A DNA stretch of 64,000 nt from Neocallimastix sp. 'constans' (Eukaryota), in contig JBODTK010000014.1 in the NCBI GenBank assembly GCA_050613775.1, positions 992,001-1,056,000 on the forward strand, written 5' to 3'. Below are positions 1 through 12,269 of the stretch, in pieces. Made by a program: the position numbers and the translations under genes. The first letter of the stretch is position 1. Every line of letters starts with the position of its first letter. A model generated the notes under the pieces. The model had not been told where the DNA came from, ran no database searches, and worked only from the letters and a program-made list of their open reading frames with translations.

Positions 1-169
1 CTTTCTTTTTAATACTGGGAACAAATAATTTTAATTTTAAATTTAAATAAAGAATATTTTAAAATTTAATTTTTTTTTTCTTGTTTCCAAATTTATTTTT
101 ATAGTTATGTGTTAATATTTATTTTTTTTTGTTTTGAATATCTTAGTGTTTCAACCCCAGCCCGTATCA
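1..169 (+). mobile_element. LTR family A, 3' part (cut by window edge)
   Basis: Ends CAACCCCAGCCCGTATCA like the five other A copies; strand set by the PBS after the 9524-10479 copy. Confidence 0.85.
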
Positions 170-224
170 ATTTTGATACGGGGTGTCACTAAATACCTTG
201 TATTTCCTATTAAATACTCTTAAT

Positions 225-1617
225 TGTTAAGATAATAACTGAATTTCAATTCAATTTCAATTTCAATAATTCAGTTATTTGAATTTCAATATTAAAAAAT
301 ATTAATATAATAATTATTATTAAATTAACTTTATTAAAATATTTAGGAATTAGTCTAGGCCAACTAATTACTAAATATTATTAACATATTGAAATTAATA
401 TATATTAAATAATGTAAACACGTGATTGTCATTAAATTAATTTCTACATATTATATTATAATTATAAAATATAATATTTAGCTAATATTATATTCTTATA
501 TTTTATTTATATTAAATATTTATATTATTATCTTACTTTATATTATCAATATCAAACTTATATTAATATTATTACATATTCATATTAATAATTAATATTT
601 TAATAATTAATTATTTTATATATATACATGTTTAAATTCTTTTGATTAATCCTTTGTAGGATTATTGTAATTTAAATTATAGTAATAATTATATAAAATA
701 ATAATGTAATAAAATATTATTAATATTAAATAAAACTTATATTTTAAATAAAAAACTTATTTATTACTAATAATAACATGTTTTAAATAAGAATAAAATT
801 AAATTATTAATTAATTACTATAATTTTGCATCTTGACCTAATCGTTAGGAACAAATTATCCCAAAACTTTGACATTAATTGTTAAAAAGTGGACAGATTG
901 AATTTAACGACGGAATCAGGTTGATATATCTATATAATATAACTATATAGATATAAATAAATTACTAAAATAAAAGAGTTAATAAAGTTAAATTTGTTAA
1001 TTTAACACTTAATTAAAACTAATAATTGGTTTGATATGATAAAAAATTTTTATTTATTAATAAAAATATATAGTTATATTATAATAAGTTAACTATAACC
1101 TTACAAAGAACAAAAAGATAAATTTGAATTTTCTTTTTATACTTTGTAGGTTTGAGAATATTGATAATAATAATATAAAGTTGATAATAATAATATTTAG
1201 TATAAGAATATGTTTAATATAAATAAATTATATTTTTTAATCTAATATATTAGTTAATATATATAATATAATATTAAATATAAATATTTAATATAGTAAT
1301 TAATAATTAATAATTAATTAAATCAATATAACATAAATTAATACATAAACATTAATTTATGAATCAAGGATGACATGACCAAATGATTCATGTTGAATAA
1401 ATATTTTATTTACTAATAATATTTAAGTTTAATATGATATCATTAGAATCAGTAGGCCTAAGCTGGTCCTAAGATGATCAAATAACTTATAATATTATAA
1501 AATAAATAAAATTTAAAGAATAATTAATGAATTATAAATTTTTATTAATTATTTTGTTTTTAATAATTTAATTGAAATTAATTGAAATTGAAATTTAATT
1601 CAGTTGTAATTTCAACA
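225..1617. mobile_element. Family B-related TG...CA element with long imperfect inverted arms
   Basis: TGTTAAGA...TTTCAACA; 5-bp TSD TTAAT (220-224, 1618-1622); the empty site is visible in the A copy near 9570; ~920-1617 resembles B. Confidence 0.8.
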
Positions 1618-1635
1618 TTAATAATAATAAAATAA

Positions 1636-2085
1636 AAACTATTATTAAATATTCTTATTAAAATCTTTTATAATAAAAATTATTATTAAATATTCTTATA
1701 GAATTCTTTTATTAATATTAAATATAATAAAAATTATTATTAAATATTATTATTAAAATCTTTTATTAATATCAAATATAATAAAAATTATTATTAAATA
1801 TTCTAATAAAAATCTTTTATTAATATTAAATATAATAAAAATTATTATTAAATATTCTAATAAAAATCTTTTATTAATATTAAATATAATAAAAATTATA
1901 ATTAAATATTCTTATTAAATTTTCTTTTATTAATATCAAATCTAATAAAAATTATTATTAAATATTCTTATAAATTCTTTTATTAATATTAAATATAATA
2001 AAAATTATTATTAAATATTCTAATAAAAATCTTTTATTAATATTAAATATAATAAAAATTATTATTAAATATTCTTATTAAAAAT
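1636..2085. repeat. ~54-bp tandem repeat inside LTR A (about 8 units)
   Basis: Unit ATTATTATTAAATATTCTAATAAAAATCTTTTATTAATATTAAATATAATAAAA. Confidence 0.85.
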
Positions 2086-2747
2086 TATATAATATTTAAA
2101 TCATTACTAATTCTTATTTTTTATATTATGAATAATAAAAACCTATTTTAATAAATATTTGATATAAAATACAGAATTATAAGTTTCTGTATAATATTTT
2201 CTAAACCTTTGAAATAAACTAAAAAAATAAATCAAAAATCAAAAATAAATTAAATCTTTATTAAAAATAAAAATGAACTAAAATACAGAAGAATTCCAAT
2301 AATAAAAATGATCTAAAATACAGAAAATATCAATTCTGTATAATTCTCTCTCTGAAAAACAATATCAAGAAGAAGCTACCGTCCGGAATGCCTTTCGTGA
2401 TACAAGCTCTAAATTAATTTTTTATATTTTAATTTAATAAATGTTATTTTTTTTTAAAAAATAATTTAAAATAATAGTTAAAAATTAAAATAAAATAGTT
2501 ATAATAGTTTTTTTTATAAAGAATATATTAATAATAAATAAAATGTATTAAAATAAAAGTATAAAAAGAAGAATAAATTTCTTTCTTTTTAATACTTGGA
2601 ACAAATAATTTTAATTTTAAATTTAAATAAAGAATATTTTAAAATTTAATTTTTTTCTTGTTTCCAAATTTATTTTTATAGTTATGTGTTAATATTTATT
2701 TTTTTGTTTTGAATATCTTAGTGTTTCAACCCCAGCCCGTATCAATT

Positions 2748-4256
2748 TGTAATACAGAATGAATGAATAATACTAATTGTGCTAGAATAATATAAATTAT
2801 GTTAAGATTTTGATATAATTTATAGTTTAAATTTAAATAAAATAATATGTTCTATTAAAAGATATTCACTAAGTCGATATGTCTATATAGTAATATACTA
2901 TATAGATATATAATAATAATAATAAATATTTAAATGTTTAGTTTAATAAAAATTTATTTATAATAAACTTTGATAATTAGAATTATCAAATTAATTTGAT
3001 TTTAAATTTATTTATTTTATTTAATAATAAAATATCTATAATATATTACTATTAAGGTAATTTTACAATAACATTACAAAGAACATAAAAGATAGATTTT
3101 TACATCTTTCTTTTATACTTTGTAAGTTACATAATAATAATATTTAATTATAAGATTGTAATAATATAGTAATATAAATAATAATAAAATATAAGGATAA
3201 ATTTAATTATATAATTAATTTGAATAATTGAATTTAATATAGATATGTTGTAAATATATATAAAAACATAATATAAATAAAATACACGTGACTTAAAATA
3301 TATCATTGAAATTAATTATTAATATAAACCTTATTTATTAATATTCTCAGGATTATTAGGCCTAAGATAACCCTTTAAATATTAAACAAGAATTTATATT
3401 AATTATTAATTATTTAAATATATATTATTTATAATTAAATAAATAATATTTTTAATTATTGAAATGTAAATAACTGAAATTGAGATTTTAATTCAGTTAT
3501 AATTTCAACAAATTATTCTAACCTTATAGATTATTCTATTCTATATAATTGGAACTTTCCAATATTCTTCAAGTATTACTAAATAGAAATCTTAAGTTAA
3601 TAAATCACCAATCAACTTATAATTCCTTTTTGTATTATCGATCCGATTCCATTATAATGTATTAAAAATCTTTAGCCAAGAATATTGTCCTTGCCCACTT
3701 AAATATATTAATATTATATTTCTTTTGTAATATGTTATATTGAAAATAATCAAATCTATTTAATTAGTTATTAAAATTTTCGTTATCAATTTAAATTTAT
3801 TTTTAATTACTAAATTTAACTAAACCATAATTAAAATATTCTGTATAATCTCTTTATTTTTATTTTATATATATTAATATTAAACTATTATTAAATAATT
3901 AGTAATTCAATAATATATAACTACTATTTATAACAATAATATTATTAACTAAAATAATAATTCAATTTCAATTTAAATGTTTTATTTATTAAAATAGTTA
4001 GTAATTAGTTTATTAAAAAAATAGTTAGGCTTTACAAATTTTAATTTGATAAAAAAATATAAATACATGTAATTTTTAGTGAAATAAAATATAATCAATA
4101 ACTTTCTTTTTATTAAATAAATAATTACATTATTATTATTTTTCTTTTATAAATTTAAATAAATAAATATTGATTTTAAAACAAAATTATTTTTATTGTA
4201 ATTTTATTATTTGTGTTAATTATTATTATATTCTTAAAACTATATGAACCATACCA
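2748..4256 (+). mobile_element. Solo LTR family C, interrupted by B
   Basis: TGTAATACAGAATGAA...GAACCATACCA; 3511-4256 recurs almost identically at ~10600-11345. Confidence 0.8.
2800..3510. mobile_element. Family B solo-LTR-like element
   Basis: TGTTAAGA...TTTCAACA; 5-bp TSD AATTA; reverse-complement copy at 18241-32291. Confidence 0.85.
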
Positions 4257-4260
4257 TTTG

Positions 4261-5314
4261 TGATAAAGAATGAAGTAATAAATTGATTCTTATTAAAAAC
4301 CTTTTAATATAGTCAATGTGATTTTTTAAAATATTAATAAATTTATGTATTCTTTACATTAATAATTTTACTATATTATTTGATCTGAAAATTTAAGTTT
4401 ATACATAAAATTTAATTTAAATTTATGTTCATTCCTTATAAAGGTAAATTAAATTTATGAGAGTTTATCAATAACATAGTACTAATTACTTTTAGTATTA
4501 TTCTTCTAAATAAGGAATAATTCCTGTATATAAACAACTTAAATAACTTTATCAATAATTCTGTCTTTCGAATTAAGAAATAATTGAAATGAAAGAAATA
4601 AATAAAATAAAATTTTCTGTATTTAAAATTGTAAAAGGTTTTTCATATATTAATAAATGTATTTTATTTTCTATTATATCATTCAAATTAATATATAAGA
4701 TTACATATTAAATTAGTATCAAAATTAAGTTAAAGTATTCAATTTTATTGTAATACTGCTTCTCTTTTTTTGTTTAATTCTTATCTATAATGCATCTTTT
4801 ATATTATAGATTTATTTTAGTTAATTTGAATATTAGGAAATAATAAAATTTCTATTTATTACAATAAGGAAATAATCAATAAGATTTAAAATCTATTGTT
4901 TTTCCATCTCTTCAACTACTTCCAGAGGCTTTGCTACTTTTATATCTTCAAAAAGATATAAATTGACTACCTTGGAACCCCTTTTTAGGGGAGAAAAAAT
5001 AAATAAATAAAAATTAAAATAAAAATAAAATAAATAAATAAAAATAAAATAAATAAATAAAAATAATAATAAAAATAAAATAAAAATTAAAATAAAAATA
5101 AAATAAATAAATAAAAATAAAGTAAATAAATAAAAATAAAATAAATAAATAAAAATAAAATAAATAAACAAAAATAAAATAAATAAATAAAAATAATAAT
5201 AAAAATAAAATAAAAATTAAAATAAAAATATAATAAATAAATAAAAATTATTGTGTGTAGTTATTTAATGTTTTAATATTATAATTTTTTTTTTGAATTC
5301 CTCGAGCAATAACA
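4261..5314 (+). mobile_element. Solo LTR family E
   Basis: TGATAAAGAATGAA...CTCGAGCAATAACA; TTTG on both sides. Confidence 0.75.
4996..5248. repeat. A-rich (AAAAT/AAAT)n low-complexity repeat
   Basis: Direct reading. Confidence 0.8.
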
Positions 5315-5318
5315 TTTG

Positions 5319-5865
5319 TGATAAAGAATGAAATAATAATGATATTTTTAACATAAATTCTTAATAATTTATTATATAAAAATATATTATTATATTCTTT
5401 ACTATTAATAATTTTCTTATATTCTATATTAATAATTTTCTTATATTTTATATTAATAATTTTTTATATTAATTATATTTTATATTTTTAAATATTAATT
5501 TATGTAATTAATTAATTTATATGATTGGATTTTAATAATGTAATTAAATAATATAAAAATATGGATAATCCATATTTTTATTATGGGGGCCTTTCTGAGA
5601 AAAGAATTAGAAATAGTAGAAAAATGAATTAGGAATAGTAATAATTGAAAGGTTTCCCATATTGTTATTAAAATAAATATTAATACTAATAAAGTATTTT
5701 TAACAATAAAATAATTATATGATTTATAAATGATAAATATTTTTAATAATAGTTCTTTAAATAAAATTTATGTGTAATAATAAATTCTTTTAGTGTAATT
5801 TAGTAGTTAGTTAATTTATCTATTTATTTAATGTTCACACTCCTTTTACAATATGAACCTCAACA
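5319..5865 (+). mobile_element. Solo LTR family P
   Basis: TGATAAAGAATGAA...GAACCTCAACA; TTTG on both sides. Confidence 0.75.
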
Positions 5866-5871
5866 TTTGTG

Positions 5872-6838
5872 TGTAAGAAATATTAATTATTTATTAATAA
5901 TATTTCTTAGTCTTTATAATTATTGATAATAATTATAAATTTATTTAAATTATAACTAATTCATACATTGAGAAATTATTATTAAATTTATTATAATTAT
6001 AATTATTCATACACTTATATAATATTAGAAATTTTATTTAAATAATTATTATATATACATTTATTAATATTATTAATTTTATTTAGTTATTCATTTAATT
6101 ATTAAATTAATGTAAACATTACTTTTGTTTATTTTTTAAATTGTACATTTAAAAGAATAATTAATAAGTTTCTGTATTTTTTATAATTCTGTATTCTAGT
6201 TTAAAGATAGTTTTATGTTAATAAGTTTAGATTAGATTGTAAAAATGATATTTAGAAAATAGAATAATTTAGATCATTCCGGTTATTATTTATTTTTCCT
6301 TTTATCTGATGATCTAAATTAAAATTTAGAAAATCGATATACTAAGGTTTTACCCAAATATAAAATAATATATTTGGTTTTACTTAATATATACGATGAT
6401 TGATATAAATAGAATATCGATCAAAAACTTATCTAGTTTTTTCTTCTAATCTTTTTCTAGATAAGATAATTTTAAGATTAGAAAGCCTTTTTTTATTTAA
6501 CCTTATTTCCATAAAAAAATATAAAAAGGGCTCTTGATTTCCCTTTAAGAAATCAAGAGTTATTATTATAAAAATATAGTTATAATAGTAACGATTTTAT
6601 ATTTTAAACTTTAATAAATTAATAAAATATTTTATTCAAAAAACATATTTTAAAAATTAAATTTATACAAATCTTTCTTCCTTCTTATTTTTCGTGTTAT
6701 TATTATAATTAATTTTATAATAAACTCCAATAATATTTAGGTAAAACTTCTTTTTTTTATTTTCTCAACTTAATGAATTAATCGTTAAGTTGAAGTTAAT
6801 AATTCTATTTTGAGTTAGTTCTTAATAGAATTATTACA
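5872..6838 (+). mobile_element. Solo LTR family F
   Basis: TGTAAGAA...TTATTACA; close reverse-complement copy at 35939-36914; conserved core ~6330-6570; TSD imperfect. Confidence 0.85.
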
Positions 6839-6839
6839 T

Positions 6840-7746
6840 TGTTAAAGAAGAGGCAAATATTGTTAATTTGGTCTCAAATCTAACAAATAACTTAATCATA
6901 AATTAAACTATTTGCCTTCCTTATTGTATGGAACTTTCCTATATTCTACTATAAATTAAAATTGAATTATTTCTTAATAAATAATATATTATATTAAATA
7001 AATTTTTATTAATATATTTCTTATTTAAAATTATTATATTATTATTGAAATATTAACAAATTATCAATATATTTTTTTTATTAATATTTTTATTTTATCA
7101 ATTTATTATTGTCAAGTTATATTAAAAATCTAGATAGTTTTTCTTTAACCAATAGTTATTCATTGTGCTAATAATAAAAATTAATTTCTAAATAATATTA
7201 CTAATACATAATAATACAAAAAAAATAAAATTATATATTATTAATATATGTTTATTATAATCCATAATGTTATATTTTTAAGAATTAATTATAACAATTA
7301 TATTGAATAATTTAAAATTAATTTTATTTTACACATAAATGAAGGATTTAGTAAGTTATAATTACTAAACCACATTAGTAAATTCTGCAAAATTGATAAA
7401 ATTATGTTTAAAATATATTAATAATACATTAATAATTAATTAGGATAAATTTTTATATATAATAGAAATACTTAAATTAAAATAAATTTATTAGATACAA
7501 TTTAAAAATTAGAATTATTATTAAAAGAAATTAAAAATAAGAAATGGCTTTCCCATTTCTAATCAATTGTAAAAATATAAAAAGAGATAGTTTAGAAAAA
7601 AAAATCATGTAATAAATTATAAAAAATAAATTTTAATAAAGATTTTTAATAAAACAAAATTTTCTTTTATTTTTATTTTTATTATTGTTTTAATTTTATT
7701 TATAATTTTTGAATAATTTTTATAAAAAAAACCCTGAACCAAACCA
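6840..7746 (+). mobile_element. Solo LTR family N
   Basis: TGTTAAAGAAG...GAACCAAACCA; second copy 56807-57722. Confidence 0.85.
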
Positions 7747-7750
7747 TATT

Positions 7751-9518
7751 TGTGTAATAATTTCTATAAATTATAGAAATTATTATTTACAATTAATATT
7801 AACTAAATTATTAATATTAAATAAAATTAAAATAAAAATAAGAATTTAATACTTATCTTTAAAAGAGAGTTTATTATAAGAAAATATAATAGACTTTAAA
7901 TATGAAAAAAGAAATAGAATATGTTTTTTATAAGAGTTTTATTAATCTATTTGATTATTAAATATTTTATTATTATTTTTTTTTGATAAATTTTAAAATA
8001 ATTATTTTATATTGATTGAAATTTTAATGTCTTTTATTGTTATTATATTTTTCTTAAAATAATAACTCTTGATTTTCTAAAGAAGAAAATCAACAGCTAT
8101 TTATATTTTTACAAAAATAAATGTATTTTTCTAATCTTAACAATGATTCTTTCCAGAAAAAGATTAGAAGAAAAAACTGGAAAGATTTTTGATCAATAAT
8201 CTATACTTATTGATCATTGTGTTATTAAATAAAACCAATTATAATTAATCGGAAAAACTTTAATAACCGATTTTAATAACTAAAAGAATTAAAAAGAAAA
8301 AAGGATAAAAAAGAGAAGGGTAAAATAATACAGAAGTTATATTAAATACATTTTTTCATATAACAATTAATACATTAATTGGTATAATTATTTTTAAATG
8401 AAATAAAATTTTTTAAAGAATAATAATTATGAAATAATTATTAATTAATAAGAAATAGAAATAAATTATAAAAATTTATATCAATTTCTTACAATTTGAT
8501 AAATAACAAAATTATTAAATTAAAATAAATAATAAAGAACAAATTCTTGTCTAACTTAACCCATTCTAAAAAAAAATTAAATCCATATTAAAGAAAATTT
8601 AATTAAATAAAAAATAATTAAAATAAAATAATAATAAATTAATTAATCATTAATAATTTTAATTAAAAACTAGAATAAATTAATAAATAATATTTTTCTA
8701 AAACTACAAATAAACAAAATAATAAACAAATTTAATAAATTATAAATAACAAATAAACAAACTTATAAACATCTCAAAATTAAAATTAAATAGTTAAATA
8801 ATCTTTGAGTTACTTTTATTTAAAATAATGATTATTTTATTTATTTTATAACTCAACTTTTATAAACAAATTGTAATTAAAATAACATTTTAAAACTCAT
8901 TTTTATTAATATTTTAATTGTAAATATTGTTTAATTTAATAATAAATTATTCTTTATTTCTCTTTTATTAATTTTATTATTTTTAATGTAAATAGTTTAA
9001 AATCAAAGAAAAATATAAAAACATGTAAATATTTCTTATAAATATTCTTTATTATTAATTATTTAATAAATTATTATAGATATTTTATTAGTTTTAATAA
9101 TCAAAAAGTATGATTATTAATTATTTAATAAATTATTATATATATTTTATTAGTTTTTAATAATCAATTTTTATGATTATTAATTATTTTGATAAATTAT
9201 TATATATTTTATTAGTTATTAATAATCAATTTTATTATTAAAATTTAAAATAAATTAGTATAAATATTAAATATTTCATTTTTATTATTTTATTAGTTTT
9301 AACAATTATTTTATTAATTTAAACAAAATTAATTATTAAATAAATAAAGATTAATATTAAAATAAAAATAAAATTTTTTAATAAAATATTTTTGTGTTTA
9401 ATAATAAAACATTTTTATTTTTTTTAAATTTCTTAAATCTATTTTATTCAGTATTTATCCTCTTATTCACTTCTACAAAATTTAATTTTTGTAGATTAAG
9501 AATATCAGGTATAAATCA
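7751..9518 (+). mobile_element. Solo LTR family H, with F inserted after its first TG
   Basis: TG|ATAAATAA...GGTATAAATCA; TSD TATT (7747-7750, 9519-9522); relatives at 17258 and 34994. Confidence 0.8.
7753..8493 (-). mobile_element. Solo LTR family F
   Basis: TGTAA...TTACA; perfect 5-bp TSD ATTTG; conserved core ~8060-8275. Confidence 0.85.
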
Positions 9519-9523
9519 TATTT

Positions 9524-10479
9524 TGAAACGGGGCGTCATTAAATACCTTGTATTTCTTATTAAATACTCTTAATAATAATAAATAAAAACTATTATTAAA
9601 TCTTATTAAGTCTTTTATTAATATCAAATCTAACTAAAATTATTATTAAATATTCTTATAAATTTCTTTTATTAATATTAAATATAATAAAAATTATTAT
9701 TAAATATTCTTATAAATTTCTTTTATTAATATTAAATATAATAAAAATTATTATTAAATATTCTTATAAATTTCTTTTATTAATATTAAATATAATAAAA
9801 ATTATTACTAAATATTCTTATTAAAAATTATATAATATTTAAATCATTACTAATTCTTATTTTTATATTAAGAATAATAAAAACCTATTTCAATAAATAT
9901 TTGATATAAAATACAGAATTATAAGTTTCTGTATAATATTTTCTAAACCTTTGAAATAAACTAAAAATAAAACTAAAAATCAAAAATAAATTAAATCTTT
10001 ATTAAAATAAGAATGAACTAAAATACAGAAGAATTTCAATAATAAAAAAGATCTAAAATACAGAAAATATCAACTCTGTATAATTCTCTCTCTGAAAACA
10101 ATATCAAGAAGAAGCTACCGCCCGGAATGCCCTTCGTGATACAATCTCTAAATTAATTTTTATATTTTAATTTAATAAATGTTATTTTTTATTAAAATAA
10201 TTTAAAATAATAGTTAAAAATTAAAATAAAATAGTTATAATAGTTTTTTTTATAAAGAATATATTAATAATAAATAAAATGTATTAAAATAAAAGTATAA
10301 AAAGAAGAATAAATTTCTTTCTTTTTAATACTTGGAACAAATAATTTTAATTTTAAATTTAAATAAAGAATATTTTAAAATTTAATTTTTTTCTTGTTTC
10401 CAAATTTATTTTTATAGTTATGTGTTAATATTTATTTTTTGTTTTGAATATCTTAGTGTTTCAACCCCAGCCCGTATCA
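9524..10479 (+). mobile_element. LTR family A acting as 5' LTR of a deleted element
   Basis: Full uninterrupted A copy followed by a PBS. Confidence 0.9.
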
Positions 10480-10487
10480 TAAAAATT

Positions 10488-10504
10488 TGGTGGAGAATCC
10501 GGGC
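10488..10504 (+). other. Primer-binding site, tRNA-Ala-like
   Basis: TGGTGGAGAATCCGGGC resembles the complement of the eukaryotic tRNA-Ala 3' end (from memory of the tRNA sequence). Confidence 0.75.
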
Positions 10505-10538
10505 GCCTTAAACACATTATAAGATGAAAAGAAACCTT

Positions 10539-11345
10539 AGAATTTATATTAATTATTAATTAAATGTATATTGAAATGTGAATAACTGAAATAATTTCAA
10601 TAATTATTCTAACCTTATAGATTATTCTATTCTATATAATTGGAACTTTCCAATATTCTTCAAATATTACTAAATAGAAATCTTAAGTTAATAAATCACC
10701 AATTAACTTATAATTCCTTTTTGAATTATCGATCCGATTCCATTATAATGTATTAAAAATCTTTAGCCAAGAATATTGTTCTTGCCCACTTAATATATTA
10801 ATATTATATTTCTTTTGTAATATGTTATATTGAAAATAATCAAATCTATTTAATTAGTTATTAAAATTTTCGTTATCAATTTAAATTTATTTTTAATTAC
10901 TAAATTTAACTAAACCACAATTAAAATATTCTGTATAATCTCTTTATTTTTATTTTATATATATTAATATTAAACTATTATTAAATAATTAATAATTCAA
11001 TAATATATAACTACTATTTATAACAATAATATTATTAACAAAAATAATAATTCAATTTCAATTTAAATGTTTCATTTATAAAAATAATTAGTAATTAGTT
11101 TATTAAAAAAATAGTTAGGCTTTACAAATTTTAAATTGATAAAAAAATATAAATACATATAATTTTTAGTGAAATAAAATATAATCAATAACTAACTTTT
11201 ATTATATAAATATTAATTATATTATTATTTTTCTTTTATAAATTTAAATAAATAAATATTGATTTTAAAACAAAATTATTTTTATTGTAATTTTATTATT
11301 TGTGTTAATTATTATTATATTCCTAAAACTATATGAACCATACCA
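10539..11345 (+). mobile_element. B right-end remnant followed by 3' part of LTR family C
   Basis: ~10600-11345 matches 3511-4256; ~10539-10600 resembles the B end at 3389-3510. Confidence 0.75.
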
Positions 11346-11349
11346 TATT

Positions 11350-12263
11350 TATTAAAGAATGAACAAATATGTTAATTTTATTATTTTTCATAAAAATAAC
11401 TTAACCACTAAAATTAAATTATTTATTTCCTTACTTGGAGAACTTTCTTATGTTCTATTACTGCCAAATTATTACTAATATTAAAATTATTATTATAAAT
11501 ATAAATTCTTTATCAATATCAATACTTTATTATTAAAATTAATACTATATTATTAATATCAATATTATTATCAATATCTAGTTTCATTAATATGATTTAT
11601 TCTATTAATATTTTATTATTAAAGAAAATTTTATTTTACAAATATTACTAATACAGATTATTTATTATTAATAAAAATTAATATAATTAATAATGATTTA
11701 AAAATATTTTACTTAAATTCATGATCCTTGTCATTAAAATTAGTAATACTTCCTTCCAAAATACACCCTATTTATAATAAGATTAATAATAGATAATAAT
11801 CTAAAATACTTTTATTTAAAAATAGTATAAAATTAAATAATACTCTATTACTAATAGTTCTGTAAAAGTAATAAAATTATTTTTAAAATATATTATCACT
11901 ATAATTAATAATAAATAGTTTAGAATTTAATAATATATAATAATTATTTATTATAATAAAATAGATTATGAATTTATAATTTAAATACAATTCAAATATG
12001 TAACTCTAAAATATTCTAAAGAAATGGCTTGACCATTTCTAACGATAAAAAAAAATATAAATAGATGAGAAAATTGTATTTGAGAAAAATAATCTTGAAA
12101 AATATAATCTTATTGAAGAAATTAAATTATTTTTAGTTTTTAATTGAATAATTTTTATTAAATAAATAAATAAAATATTTTAAAAAGATATATTTTAATT
12201 TTTAATTTTTTTTTTTTAGTGTTTATTTCTATATTTATTATTATTCTGTCCCGAACCTCAACA
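11350..12263 (+). mobile_element. Solo LTR family M
   Basis: TATTAAAGAATGAA (TG mutated)...CCGAACCTCAACA; shares the GAAATGGCTT..CCATTTC hairpin with N. Confidence 0.7.
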
Positions 12264-12269
12264 TGTGCG

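Larger units (their letters stand above)
174..2744 (+). mobile_element. Solo LTR family A, interrupted by element 225-1617
   Basis: TGATACGGGG...CCCGTATCA inverted termini; 4-bp TSD ATTT at 170-173 and 2745-2748. Confidence 0.9.

Noticed and set aside
4893..5171. 92-aa hydrophobic ORF
   Set aside because: Mostly translation of an (AAAAT)n repeat inside LTR E
6307..6335. CTGATGA followed by a hairpin and GAAA, hammerhead-like
   Set aside because: Stem II register does not fit, and CTGATGA is not conserved in other F copies
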